A stretch of 64,000 nucleotides of DNA, from assembly GCA_047967505.1 (NCBI GenBank), contig CM106538.1, one strand, 5' to 3'. A program made the translations under genes and the position numbers. The notes under the pieces are model-generated. The model worked only from the letters and a program-made list of their open reading frames with translations, did not search any database and was not told the origin of the DNA. How positions within the stretch are numbered: the first letter of the stretch is position 1; every line of letters begins with the position of its first letter. Origin of the DNA: Dipteris shenzhenensis. Its lineage: Eukaryota. This document shows positions 25,784 to 39,851 of this stretch, piece by piece.

Positions 25784-28700
25784 CTAGTCGGTGTTTCTCG
25801 AATAGCTCTTTACCGAGTGGTTTGGTAAAGATGTCTGCAACATTTTCTTTGCTATCACAATCTGCAGTGTGATGTCACCAAGTAACACTCTTTCTCTGAT
25901 GAAGTGCTCTCTGACATCAATGTGCTTTGTTCTGGAGTGATATAAGGGATTTTTGGCCAATGCTTGAGCCGATTGATTATCACAGTATATTGTTGTTGGC
26001 TTTGACTCATCAAAGTAATCTGTTTCTGGCAATAGTCTTCTGAGCCATATAGCCTCACATGCACCTGTAGTGAGTGCTCTATATTCTGCTTCAGTTGAAG
26101 ACAAAGAAATAGTTGGTTGTTTGTTTGACAACCATGATATAGCACCGTGACCAAGGAAAAATGCATATCACTGTGTCGATCTCCTAGTCTCATGATCTCC
26201 AGCATAGTCACTGTCACAGTATCCATGCAACCGTGGATGACTTCCTCTGTATTCTATCCCAAACTGTCTTGTACCTCTGATGTATCTCAAGACTCTTTTG
26301 GCTGCATTCCAGTGAGACTGTTTTGGATTTGCCATAGACTGTGCTAGTGAGCTTACTGCATAACAAATATCTGGCCGTGTGATTGTCAGATATATGAGAG
26401 ATCCAATGAGTTGCCTATAGTATCTATCATTGATTGTAGGCTTTTCTGAATCATTAGTAAGTTTCAAACTCTGTTCCATGGGAGTGGCTGCAATCTTGCA
26501 ATCTGCCATATGAAACTTCTTTAGGAGACTGTCAACATACTTGAGCTGACTCATGAATGTGCTATCTGAATCTCTCCAGAACTCAATTCCAGGACAATAG
26601 TGCATAAGTCCAAGATCTTTCATGTCCAACTCTGCAAATAAGTCTTGTTTTAGTTTTTTGATGAAGCTATCCTTGCTTCCTGTCACAATCAGATCATCTA
26701 CGTACAAAAGTGCAATAGTAATATCTTCCCCTTGAACTTTGTAGTAGAGAGTATGATCTGCATTGGACTTCATGTATCCCAGATTAGCAAAATACTTGTC
26801 AATTCTGCTGTACCAACTTCTGGGTGCTTGTTTTAAGCCATAGAGACTTTTCCTGAGATGGCAAACCTTGTTCTCTTTTCCTGGTTCAACATAACCGGCT
26901 GGTTGTTGCATGTAGACTTCCTCGTCTAGATAACCATTGAGAAATGCATTCTTGACATCGAGCTAATACACATTCCATTTACTGAGTGTCGCTAGTGATA
27001 TCAAGAACCGTATGGAATCCATCTTTGCGACTGGAGCATAAGTCTCATCATAATCTTGGCCATATTGTTGTGCAAATCCTTTTGCAACTAATCTGGATTT
27101 GTATCTCTGAATACTACCATCTGGATTGTACTTCACTTTGTATACCCATTTGTTGGCTATGGCCTTTTTTCCTGGTGGAAGGTCGCATAATTCCCAAGTG
27201 TTATTTTTATACAAAGCATCCATTTCTTCATTCATAGCAGTTTGCCATTCTGGCTTGTCTACTGTGTCTTCGAAGTACACTGGCTCTTCCGTAGCCATGA
27301 TGGTAGTCATAAGAGCATAGTTGGTGGTTTCCACCTGAATTGCTTTGCCTTTCTGAGCATATGTCAATCTAGCTGGTGGTCTGCTTTCCCTAGTAGACCG
27401 TCTGAGCTGCTGTGGCGCTGCTTGGGGTGTTGCTGGCAATTCTTGCTCTTCTTCATCAATTTGTTTTGTAGGTGACTGTGAAGTCGATGCTTCTATCTCC
27501 TGTGTAGGTGAGGTTTTCCATTCTGATTCCTCATCGAAGATTACATCTCTGGAGATAATGACTTTGCGGTTGATGGGATCATACAATTTGTATGCTTTGC
27601 TTTCTTCACTGTAGCCAACCATGATGCATTTGCGTGACTTCGCATCCAATTTCCTGCGATGATCATCATGTATGTGGGCATATGCTATGCAACCAAATAT
27701 GCGGAGATGCCCAATGCATGGCTTGTGTCCAGTGAATGCTTCATAAGGAGTCATACCTTGTATCGGATCGGTAGGAAGCCGATTAAGCAAGTAGTTAGCT
27801 GTAGCTATTGCTTCTACCCAATACTGATTCGGAAGATGCTTTTCACTAAGCATTGCTCTAGCACTGTCTGCTAAAGTCCCATTCTTCCTTTCAGCTCTTG
27901 CATTTTGCTGAGGAGTATCTGCACATGTGAATTGTCTTCGAATGCCGTGATTTTTGCAAAAGTTCATGAATGCTGAAGACATGTATTCACCTCCTCTGTC
28001 TGATCTCATGACCTTGATCTTTCTGCCTGTTTGGTTTTCTACCATGGCTTTGAATTCTTGAAATCTGGTAAACACTTCAGATTTCTCTTTCAGAAAGTAG
28101 ACCCAACAATATCTGCTGTAGTCATCGATGAAGGTCAAGTAATAAAGTAAACCATTGATGCTGCGGGTCTGGGCATAACCCCATACATCTGTATGAATCA
28201 AATCAAGAATACCTCATGCACGAGAGGTACTTCTGACAAAGTTGGTTCGCTTTTGTTTGCCGAAGCAGCATGCTTCACAAACTTTTCCAAGAAACTGTAG
28301 CTTTGGAATCCCAATTGCCATATTTTGATTCCTGAGGTCTAACAAGTACTTGAAGTTGACATGACCAAATCTCTTGTGCCATTTTGCAGATAGTGGCATC
28401 TGTTGCATTTGAGCTAACATGGCATGCTTATCTGGTACTGCAGCTAGCATCCTGTATAAGCGTCCTTCCTTGACACCTTTTGCTACTAGCTAACCTCTTT
28501 TGGATTTGTCTCTGATAGTGCATTCATCACCGTCGAAGATGACTTTGTAGTTGTGTTCCGTCATTTGACCTACTGACAAAAGGTTCTTGCTGAGCTTCGG
28601 AACATAGAGCACATCTTTGACTAATCCTTTTGTACCAGTGAAATTGTTCATAGGGATAACACCTGTCCCTTGAACCGGATTCGGTGTATTGTCTGCTGTG

Positions 28701-29988
28701 TAGATGACATTATTTTGACCTTCTAATGGCTTCATTTCTGTGAACCATTCCTGATGATTTGTCATATGAGATGATGCACCGCTGTCGATGTACCAAGGAT
28801 CCTGTTCCACTTGGTCGACTTGATAACTAAAATCCTCTTTGGGATTGAAATCAGTGTCTAGGTGCATTTGTATCACTCTGATGCAATTCCTCACTTGCAA
28901 GAAACATATTGCCATGTTCATTTGCAAAATGACTGTGACTAGAATGTCCACCACGATGATTTCCTCTTCCTCGGGAATTCCCTGGGGGATTGACCGCCTT
29001 GGTCATACTGCTTCTTGCGGCAATCTCTTTCATAGTGTCCAAACTTGTGACAATAGTTGCATTGAATGTTTGACACATTGGTGGATGCATTCCCTCGTCC
29101 TTGGAATCTTCCTCGGTTGGAATGATTTCCTCTTTGCTGATTTTGGTGTTGCTGAGGATGATGCTGATGCTGATGCTGATTTTGACTTTGTTGATGATGA
29201 CCACTTTTCTGATATGATTTACCTCTGTTTCTACCTTTGCCTCTGCTTCTGTCTGAAGCTGTGAATGCCTGATCATTAGAATGACCTTTACATGCTTGAA
29301 TGGCCTGAGTCTTGAGTTCTTCACCAAGTAGAACTGACTGAAGTTCTTCCAGTGTTGGAATTTGCCGTTGGATGGCAATACTCTGGACTAGATTCTCATA
29401 TCCTTCTCCTAGTCCATTCAGGATTACTTGAACCATTTCTGCGGGATTCATAGTCTCTCCTGCTGCTGCAAGTTGATTGTTGTAGTCTTTGATGCGGAGT
29501 ACATAAGCATGACCAGTTTCACTGCTGTTGCGGAAACTCTGGTTGACCTGGTTTCTCAGGGTGAGAATCCTAGATGTGTTCTTGGACTCGTAGAGAGCTA
29601 CGAACATATCCCATGCTTCTTTTGATGTCTTGACTGTGTTGAGCTGTCCTAGCATGACATCTTGCACATTCTGCTTGATCAGGTGATAGGCATACTTGTC
29701 TTTCTTATCCCATTCTGCTTGAGCTCGGGCAATGGCAGGATCTGCTACTTGTGCGGAAACTATTTGTGTAGATGTAGATCCCGATGTAGATCCCGTTGCT
29801 GGTGTTGTGACAACAGATGGAGTAGAGCTACTGGTGGCTGGATCGGCCAATGGTCTAGGTATGGATCCATCGACATACTCCCATTTGTCCTGAAGCACAA
29901 GAATGGTCTCCATTCGGTATTTCCATGTACCGTAATTGGAGTTGTCTAACTTAGCAGATACCTCCAGATTGAGGTTGCTAGTCGACAT
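25784..29988 (-). pseudogene. gag-pol: Copia-2 gag-pol polyprotein with stops and frameshifts
   Basis: KLDNSNYGTWKYRME (gag start), CNYCHKFGHYERDC (knuckle), WYIDSGASSHM (protease), WHKRFGH..CEAC, HTDVWG..RSDRGGEY..ERKN (integrase), YVDD (RT), RTKHID (RNase H). Confidence 0.95.
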
Positions 29989-30764
29989 GGTGCAAACAAT
30001 GTACTCAAAAAGTGTCCTGGAAAACTCTGTATGAATCAACTGCAAATACACTGAAGATGCCAAGTGAAATCTCTGTACCATCGGTGAACATAGAACTGCA
30101 GTAAATAAGATCTGACCTGTGTTACAAGGCTTGTGGCAATGATGCCGAGAATAGCCAAGAGGCTTTACAAGGCTGAAAAAATGATGTGCACGATGCCGTG
30201 AGATAGCCAAATAGGCTTTACAATGGTGGCATGTGTGTGTGAAATCAAGTGCTATCTGCCCACTGAATCAATTTGCAATGCCTCTGAACTCTAAAGTTTG
30301 CTCACTGAACTGATGAACGTAAGGTTTCCGGTAATGTAATGATGTGAAATCGGATGTGAGCGTATGGACCGAGTAGGTACTAGTCGGGAATTTCGGGCAT
30401 GGCTTAGATTGGCAACTTGGGGAATTCAAAGCGTCCCCTCTATGGCGATCTAGTCTACTCTGATCTAGATCTAAACCAACCATCGATCGATGAAAGAGCA
30501 GCAAATAATTCCTTTTCCTTTGTTCTTTTTAAGTGCTGGGTCAGATGCGTCGATGTAGAGGCAAATGTGCGTGAAGGAAGTGGTTTTGTCGGCGAGGCTC
30601 AAATGTGAGTGTAACTTGCGCCAAAATGTGCGCGTGATGTAACGAGCACGTAGAGCACAAAAAATCGAGCGACTTTCCTTTTTGGAGCACCCTCAAATTC
30701 TTCCTGGATCAAGAGATATGACTTGATCTAAGTGGAGGGGCAAAAGGAGTGCAAATGGTGCTCA

Positions 30765-31235
30765 ATGATGATGTGTCACTGTGAGTCACATGCAGTGATG
30801 ATGTGGCACTGTGCTTAGCAAGAGGTGTGCCAGTGAAGCTCTGTGCTGAGGTGGCAGGAGTGTGCACATGCAGTGTGTGCACAGTGTGCCTGGCAGGGGA
30901 CTGTGCCTGCAGGGGTCAGTGATGACTGGACTGCTCAGGTGGCAGTGCTGAGGTGGCACAGATGATGTCAGCAGGGTGACATGGCACTGATGACATGGCA
31001 TTGATGACGTGGCCTGATGATGTGGCCTGATGACATGGCACTGATGACATGGCACTGATGACATGGCATGATGATGTGGCACAGATGATGTGGCCTGATG
31101 ACGTGGCACAGAATGAGCTGGCAGGGTGATGTGGCAGTCTCACGGGACTGCTGATGTGTCAGATAAGGATTGCCACGTGTCAGGATAATGTGATGATGTG
31201 GCACGTGGGTAGGATAAGGTTGCCACGTGGCACAA
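30765..31235. repeat. Tandem 13-14 bp repeats (GATGACATGGCACT / GATGA.GTGGC) in the Copia-2 5' leader
   Basis: Direct repeats visible; they include GACGTGGC, GCCACGTGTC and GCCACGTGGC variants. Confidence 0.8.
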
Positions 31236-34200
31236 ATTTGGCCAACCAAACCCAACCCAAGTAAACTTTACTATACCAACCTAGCAAGGTTACTTTAATC
31301 TAACCGTAGGTATATTTGATCCGCCACGTGTCACAAGGAGTGAGACCGGAATCTTATGAAGATTTCGTTGAGGCCACCGTTAGAATCGTGCGTTGCTGTG
31401 CTTGAGTTGTTTGCTGCTGGTTGCCAAGGTCGATCGAGGTCGACGTAGTCCCGTGGTCGTCATTGTAGTCCCGTGTGATATAGAGGCATGCAGCTTTGTA
31501 GATGGTTGGTCGGCCAGTGAGCTACGCTGCCTCTGATAGAGGTCACAGTCGAGGCTGGAAGACGGCTTGTAGAAGAGTTATCGATTGGGAGACAGCTTGT
31601 AGGTTTGGGAGGCCCGTATGACGGTCGAGGAAGAACAATCCAAGATTGCAATGGGGCCGGAGACCGGATCTCCTACTCAAGCTCCATTGCTTGATCCATC
31701 GTCTCGTGCGCTGCCTGCCACACCTTACATGACAATTGAAGAACGCAATAGGGAAGGAAGTCGTCGGCGAGTAGGAGGCAGCCGTTGCACTGTAGAGCCC
31801 TTCTTAGATTGCGGATGGAGTCGCTGTTGTAGAAGCTTGCCTAGCGTCGCCTTTGTTGCAGTTGGCTATGGAGCATGCGCGTTGCCTTGCTTGTGTGCTT
31901 GCGAGGAGTAGAGTCCATCGGTGGAGCAACTGCGTTACGTGCTTGGCCATTGGCTGGTTGGAGCTAGCTCGTGGAGGAAGGCTATGGTCAACGCCACAGA
32001 CCTCTCAACATGGCCGATCTTGCCAAGCTCAACAATGGAGCTATCGGATCCGGTGGCACGGCTGCATGCAGGCTGCACTGAATAGAGCCTCTCTGTGGAG
32101 GTCCGATTGGAGGTAGTACTATAGTCGTGGACGTCCATTGAAGGAGGCGACTCAATGCTTGTGATTGTTTGTGGAGTAGGAGCTTTGGATGCTTTCTTGC
32201 TTGCGAAGTATGCTAAAGAGGTCACGGGCATTCATTGGAGGCTGTTGGGAGCTTTGCAAGGCTCGTTGTCGGCCGTTTCTTAGCTACAGATCTTACTCCT
32301 CTCTCTTACACTCCCTAAAAGCTCTTAAAGATAGATTTCCTCTTGGAAATCTCTGGAACTTTCCCTCTCTCGCAAGAAGCTCTCAAAGAACTCACTAAGT
32401 CTCTCAACAAATCTATTGCAAAACAAAGAAGAATCTCAATGAACGGAAATTTCTATCATCAACGGAATGAAAGAATGCTCACTCAACGGAAGTTTCTCTC
32501 ACGGAAGAGAAAACTCGATCTCAATCTCTATCTCACTCTCACAAGGTGGATGGCACCTCAACGGAAGGCAAAACCATGCTCTGATACCATGACAAAATAT
32601 GAAGAGGGGAGAGGAGAAGAGTGGAGATGAGGAGAGAGGGCACAGCTAGGGAGCACACCACAAATGACTAACTGTACACTAGAATTAGTTGAAAAAATAG
32701 AATATATACAAACCCTTTTAGGGTTAGGGTTAGGGGATCTAACCCTTTCCTTTATAGCACTCTCTAAGGTTAGTGCTATGCACATATGATCACATGATGG
32801 TGCTATGCACACATGATCACATGATGTTGAGCGTGAACTCTCAACACCACCTCCCTTTCACCATAGCTAGGAATCTTGGCTCAACCTTGGTGGACGGCAG
32901 GGCAATCACATGGCTAGGTGAGTTGAAGCAATGGACGAGCAGAGGTCAGTGTAGGGGGGAGAGCAAATGCTCGCCAAGAGGGCTATTATTGCCATGAGGC
33001 AAGGGGAGACACAAGGCGTTGCTAGCAGGGCTGGAAGAGAGTGGGACAAAGAAGGCCAAGGGGCATCCACCATGGTTATATGCCTATGAAAGGGAAAAAT
33101 AATTTTCACAAATATTTGGTGTGCGTGGAAACTATGGAAAATATGCATTGGTCCACATGTACTTTTGGCCATTAATCAGCTATTGCCTTGTTAAGATTTT
33201 TAATTCTTGACATTGATTCCACCCATTACAAGCTATGGATCTTATGGGGTGGAATCTACATTTGCTAAATGCCTATATCTCCATCCTCTTCCGTCTATCA
33301 TCTATACACCAATGATAATGCGACTCTTGTGTTCATAACCTATCTACCATCATCGATCACAAAGTTTCATTTCTTTGGCTAGGGCCCTGTCTCACCCTGC
33401 CCTACTCCTCCCCCTCCTCCTCTTTTGTAGTGTGCCTCTAGCATAGAGCAATGATAGGAAACTTGATCTGCTCTTGGCCTAGAGGGGTAGCCATTGTTGC
33501 AAGGCTCAATGTCGCCTCATATTGGAGCCTTGGTGCCTCCATGATGAGCATCACAGCTGTGTCTACTAGCTCCAATCATTAGTCATGCCTTCTAATCGAA
33601 CACCATTGTAACACATAAAATTAAGCATACTAACCAAAACATCCTAAATGACATGCCAAAATCCCTTGTAAAATTCAACAATGAAGCCATCTTGTTTTAG
33701 AACATTCTCACAAGTCCTCTCCCATTCACTGTCAACCATAGGGGAAGAATTGTCGATGATGCAATCGCAAAATCAATCCAACCATGATGTCTAGGTTGTG
33801 CAATATTGTGAGAATATTCTTGAATATGGAGTAAAATGGTATATGAATAACACCGTTGCAAGTTCTCTACAAGCTATGAAGGTGCAATCTTATCTTGATC
33901 TTATCTTGATCTTGCCAAATCTTGCTAAATCTTGCTGCCAAAATTTAATGGCCCTTAATGGGCCGCCGCTTTTGAAATCCCCTCCTAACCTTAATCCATC
34001 TTCCTCGCCATCTCCTTCTCCCCCATCCTCCACGATCCTCTCTTGCTAAAGCAAGACTCTCTCCACCTCTTCCTCTTCAAACGCTGATGTGGATCTGTCA
34101 AAGGCTTCCCCTTCCTTGAGCATGCAATGCTTTACATCTATAAGCCAGGCGAGGCACTGCTGCATGTTTTTCCAATAAAGGTTTTCCATCATTGGCCTAT

Positions 34201-35586
34201 TCTAATTGCTTTTGATAACCCTAACTTTGATGCTTGTCTCATCTGCACTAGGCAAACCATAAACGGAAAAGAGACAGCAGGATAGAACATGAGATAAGGG
34301 CTGATCAACTAGAACTTGAAGACGATGAGGGAGGAGAAGACGACACCAATGTACAAGCTGCTTTGCATTCGTAATCGACCATTCATCCACTTTTCCACCG
34401 TTTAGCACGAACGTGAACAAGCGATCAGAACAAGCAAGCAGACCGGCAAGCCATTCATCCAGGTACTCGCTCTCTTCGATCCTCTCATTTGGTGCTTTCA
34501 TCAGGACTTTATAGATTATGGGCCATTCTCTGGCGCCCTTAATTCCTCCTCACTTTGGCAACTTCACTACCCTGCACGCTCTGGATCTCTGTTGTGTGAA
34601 GTTTTGCGTGAGTTCATGCTTGTTTTCTGGCATCGCTATAGGCAGTAACAACAGCAATATGTTGCAATAGGCATGTGCTTGTAATTGGGATATCTGATTC
34701 AAATGTTTGCGATGAATTACAGAGCTCATGCGAGTTACTCTCAGTCCCCTTGTCACGTAGGCACATCACTTGCCTGGCTTTTCATAGGAAGTTCTAAGTT
34801 ATTACAAAGTTTGCTATGAAGAACTCTAGGTTGCCGAGACACTAGCATGGCAACCTTTCTCTAGGTCATTCTTGCTTTGCGCTTGCTAACATAACATCAA
34901 AATATGGTAGCATTGAAGAGCTGTAGGATAACGTGGTTACTACCATCCCTTTACGGTTTATTGGAGACTTGATATTAGACCACTCTGCTCACGATGTAAT
35001 TTTTGTGGGCACCCTTCCCTTTAGAAGGTTCTGTTCTTCATGCTCCCAGCTTGGCTTCGGTTGTTCTCTCTTCGCTTGCCTGACTCTTGCTGACTCCTTG
35101 TCTGGTTGAGCCACTCTCAGGGCCTGAGGATAATCTCCATCGTATTCTGTTCGTCATTTGCTCAAGGTGCTAAGAAGCCGTTGAGCTAGAAGTGGGGATT
35201 GTCAAGCTCATGGGACCCTCTCCTCTCGAATGTTGAACTCGTGAACACCAAACTCTGAATCCCGTTCAAGCCCTTCCTTTAGCATGCCCTTGTTTACCAT
35301 GCCCTCCCTGTCAGACGTCAGAGAATTCAAAATGTTTGACAAAGCAATATGTAACTGTTAAAAGAAGAACGTAAGAATAAAACCAACGACAATCTTGCTA
35401 GTATCCAGCCCATTAAAAGTTAGTGAAGGTTGATGATTTGTGACCCACGATACAAATGAGTGACAGAGAGCAGAAAGGGGCATACATGAACGGGGAAGAT
35501 CTAGCGCATTTTGTAACAACCACTGACTCTCCGGAAGCTTTGAAGACAATACCATCATTGTAGTAAAATAACACTTGACTGTATTG

Positions 35587-35833
35587 CTCAGGGGGGTCAC
35601 TCATCATATGTAACCCTATCACGTGAGTTCAACAGAAGGATTTTTTTAATTTCTAAAATTTACAGAAATAAATATACATAAGGGACTATTTTAAATAGTT
35701 TTGGAAAAAATTTACACATTTGTATAGAAAAGGGGTACATTCTATTAACAAAATTTTTTACAGATAAGGGACTTTAAATATAGGCCTTAAACGCACGTGA
35801 TATAGAGGGTTTATACATAGTGACCCCCCCGAG
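35587..35833 (+). mobile_element. 247-bp MITE of the P-like family, nested inside P-1
   Basis: CTCAGGGGGGTCACT...TATCACGTG at the left end and CACGTGATA...AGTGACCCCCCCGAG at the right; exact 8-bp TSD CTGTATTG (35579-35586, 35834-35841); AT-rich interior. Confidence 0.93.
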
Positions 35834-36402
35834 CTGTATTGTCATCGAAAAATGCAATGCAAGGAGACTTGTAATATTTTGAGCTCATGAAATAAATACC
35901 AAAAATTACGAATAGTTGAAAATAAAGTAGATTGTATTTGATGGTCGGACCTTCTCCAGCTTCAGCTTCGGATGTTGTCCAACTTCAGCTTCAGTGACAC
36001 TAGGATGATCTTTGCATTGCCTAGCACAACTTTTACTTCTTTCTCCTGTGTGGTAGGCTGCGACCACCATTTGTGCGCTTGAAATCCCTATGTAGTGAAA
36101 GTAAATCTCTCCAACAGTGGGGCGAGAGATAATTTTGGAAGAGGCATTAGGTTTTGGTGACTCTCTCCAACTACGATTACGATGACTAGTGCAGTGAGTG
36201 CATCTGCTGTTACCTCCAGTAGTGAATCCATTTTGGGAGGGACAACAGGATTTGATAATGTCTCCGACAATGGTGAGAGAGAATTTTGCAATTTGCCAGT
36301 ACTTCAAGACCAGTGTGGTGACCACGACAACAATAGGCACTTCGTTGGTATCCATGCAACTTGGGTTGCTCATCCATAGCTTAGGATTCCTCATTTACCT
36401 TA

Positions 36403-37355
36403 CTCCTTCCCCTTTACCTTACATAAGCTCTCTAATAAGTTTGTTCATAAAGCACTGCATCTCGAAAAGGCAGTTTTGGGAATGACTCAACTGGAGGTTA
36501 TAGCTTGCCTTCTACTGAGAGGAATTCTATTAATTGTCCCTTGGATTTGTGCAGGTCACCAAGGAGACTCTCTATTCGCTTTGTGCCTGGTTAGCAATCC
36601 AAAATCAAAACTATAATTGAAATAAAGGTATGATAGCTTTTCTTTCTCTACTCAATAACCCATTCGTTGGCAAATTTTCGATAAGTTGATAAGCTTTTTT
36701 GGGGGGGGGGTTTCTTCTTCACGTATGTTCGATGTAGTGTCATCTTTTCATATAGTATGTCAATGTCATAACTTCTTTATTCTTGATATTACATGACTAT
36801 TAGATATCGACGTAGTGTCGTATATAGCCTTTCGACATAATACGTCGATCATCTGATTTGTAATGTAATATTTGAGTCAATTACTTGGGCCATGCATTTG
36901 CATGGTGCTTATCTTTCCGCATTGGATCGTATTACTCGATTATATGTGCGGTTAAGTAAGTAAGTCTGCATTTTGACATTTGGTTATAATATTCAACCTT
37001 TGATGTCGTTACAAGGACTCCTTCTCATTGTTTTGAAACTAGCTCGACACTTGGTCGTATCATTCGACTGTATGTGTCGTCTCTCAACCTTAGAAGAGTA
37101 ATAGAATTCAACACTTTGTCATTTATTCGACTTTTGGTGTTGTTTCTTAGATATATAATTTATAAAATAAGTAGGCTTCAACACTAGGTCGTTTATTCGG
37201 CTTTCAGTGTTGTCGTAGCTTATTTCATAAAACAAATGTTTAAACTTCGACACATGGTCATTTATTTGGCTTTCAGTGTCGTTGTAGGTTATCAGTGTTG
37301 TATGATAGTTTCGTCTTCAACACTTGGTCATTTATTTGACTTTTGATGTTGTTGT
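36403..37355 (-). repeat. Segment B: inverted copy of 18764-19711
   Basis: Continuous reverse-complement similarity over about 950 bp. Confidence 0.9.
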
Positions 37356-37797
37356 CCTCTTTGGAAATATTTTGTGTAGAATATAGGGGACCATCGCATA
37401 AATGCTAGTGTGTAGAGGTTGTAAACTTTCCAATAAATATACATCTGAGATTCATGCTCATACATCTAAGGTAACAATGCTAGAGCCAATGATATTTGTG
37501 TCTTTCATTAATGCCTATCCATGGGGTCTTTGAAAGCTGCTTATGTATAAGGATTCTAAGTTGAATCTTATCTTTAATCAATTGTGGGTCATCAACCATT
37601 GGATATTATTTGAAATACTCTTCCAATGTTGATTATCTAGTGTCTAACACACACTTCTCCACACACTCAAATGGTAGGCCCATGTAAGCATGATGCAAAT
37701 TTCATAAGAATGGAGTTCGTTGTGTTCTTTATTGTAATTAACTTTGTGTTCATTGATTATTTAAAATATGAATATATTTTAGATTCTCTCTCAATAC

Positions 37798-39357
37798 TTG
37801 GTTTTTTCATGCATGTTTTGCCAGAAATCCTTTTGTGAAAAGATGCAAGCAGAGCAAAGGAAAAATTGGCTCAAAGTCATTAGGCGGCATCTTTGTATAG
37901 GGATAAGTAAGATGAGCAAGGAGCAAATAACAGACATAACTAGCAATGCAATACGGATAGAGTGTTTCTACAATGAGGTCATAGCCAACACAATGGGAGA
38001 GACGTTGCCCAAGAGTGAAATGAATGAAGGTGGAGTACGTCACATGATCAATAGCATCATAGGAAATATGAAGAAATGTGCAAAAGACTTGCGAGATGAC
38101 GTGCCTCCTAATATTGACATGGAAAAATTAGGTTTTTGGGATTTGAAGTGGAAAGAGGAGAAGGGTAGAAGCAAGAGGGCAAAAGACATAGATTCACATT
38201 TCACTATTTCGAAGAGAGTGCGATATGAGCAATCAAAACATTCATGTGATCCAACTTCTGAGGCATGGTTAGCTATTGACGGTAGTGGCGGGGATGCTTC
38301 TCACAAAGCACATTCATTTAGAAATGGTGATTGTTCAATTGTGTTAGGTATCCCCCATGAGGCTATAGAGGAGGGTGAGAATCTTGGTGCTGGCTCATTT
38401 GGAGTATGCTTTAAAGTCACTTTTAATGGCATCTCTTTCTTTCCTCGAAGTATTACTTATGCGGCAAAGCGCTACAAAGGGAACATGTCTCACACCTTAA
38501 AGTCATTTGACAAAGAATATGGAATGCAAATCTTACATCCAGGTATTGTCAGATGCATAGGATTTACTAGAAGCGTGCCTTGGATCAACATTTTTCCATA
38601 CTTCAATGGAGGGAGTATTTGAGACATGATGATGCAGCTACCCTTTGAGAAAGGGACTTTCAGAAAGCAAGTGTTATGCTTGAAAGGCAATGGAGTCACT
38701 AGGAGAGAACCAGATCCAATACTAAGTGATGTACAGCTTACGAGATTAAAGGCATTTGTGGAAGCTACCCCAGACATCATACATGCATTGGTTGATGCAT
38801 TAGCAGCTGTACACCAAGAAGGCATTATACATTGTGATCTACACCCTTTCAATGTCATGCTAGATTTTACCAACAATCATAGTCCACGGGTTGGCATCAT
38901 TGATTGGGGATTGCTACTTCGATACAGTGAATCAAGAGAAGCTGTTAATTTTGTGAAGCGTACTCCAGATATGGATGATGTGACTTATAAGATCAAGAAG
39001 AGTACAGCAATAAGACAAAATCGAATTCGGCCTTGGCAAGCTCCAGAAATAATCGACCCTGAGAACACCAATGCTTACAGTAAAGAATCAGATGTGTTTG
39101 CCATGGGATACATGATTAAAGAGGTTATTAATTTTTATAAGGAGTGTAAGGAATACTACTTCAAAGAGGATTACAAAAAACAGTCAGCATGGAGTGGCAA
39201 GTTGCAGCAAATTTATTTCAATGCAACTAACCATATGTTTGTGGAAAAACAAAATAGAATGACACTGGCCGAGATGAATAATCGACTAGCAAGATTTAAC
39301 ACTCAACCCCATGCATGTTTGCGGCCTGCAGTTGAGATGATGCCTCAGTTTTATTAA
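37798..39357 (+). pseudogene. Eukaryotic-type protein kinase with N-terminal extension; single in-frame stop at 38620-38622
   Basis: LGAGSFG (Gly loop), YAAK (VAIK lysine), FDKE (alphaC), HPGIVRCIG, HCDLHPFNVML (catalytic loop), IIDWG (DFG equivalent), WQAPE, SDVFAMG. The two ORFs are in the same frame. Confidence 0.9.
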
Positions 39358-39851
39358 TCCGATTTTATTATAAAGCTACTCTTGGACAATTATGTTTATA
39401 AACTATAATGTTACTCTTTCAATGCATTTTGAATACTAGTATATGCATCTATACTATTTGAGTTTAATAAAGTACTATAATATATATATTTTTTAAATTC
39501 TCAAATTTTTATCTTCGTGCTGTAACTTCTTGCATTTTGAATACTAGTATATGTGTTTATAGTATTTGAATTTAATAAAGTGTAAAGTGTCTTAGAATGT
39601 ATTTTTATTTTTTTTCAAAATTTTATATTTGTGTATTAGAACTATGTATTAATTTGGGAAGAGTTTGTGTTTATTATGGTTAAACTCAAACCCATGAGTC
39701 ATGCATACAAATTTTTATTATAATGATTAAATTTAAACTCACCAGTTATGCACAAATTGGAAATCTAAATTTTGCAGGTCATGCACACACAGGTGGAGGG
39801 GGGTTGTAATTAAGGTTCTCATTTTATTTTGAAGTACATCGGTCTCCTATC

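Larger units (their letters stand above)
25392..32846 (-). mobile_element. Ty1/Copia retrotransposon Copia-2, full length, nested in P-1
   Basis: 257-bp LTRs 25392-25648 and 32590-32846; TSD CCACC (25387-25391, 32847-32851); PBS 32578-32589; PPT from 25649; the empty site is seen in reverse at about 49240-49270. Confidence 0.96.

Noticed and set aside
34202-34501. 99-aa ORF with faint resemblance to a retroelement RNase H-like segment
   Set aside because: No convincing catalytic motifs; it needs a profile search.
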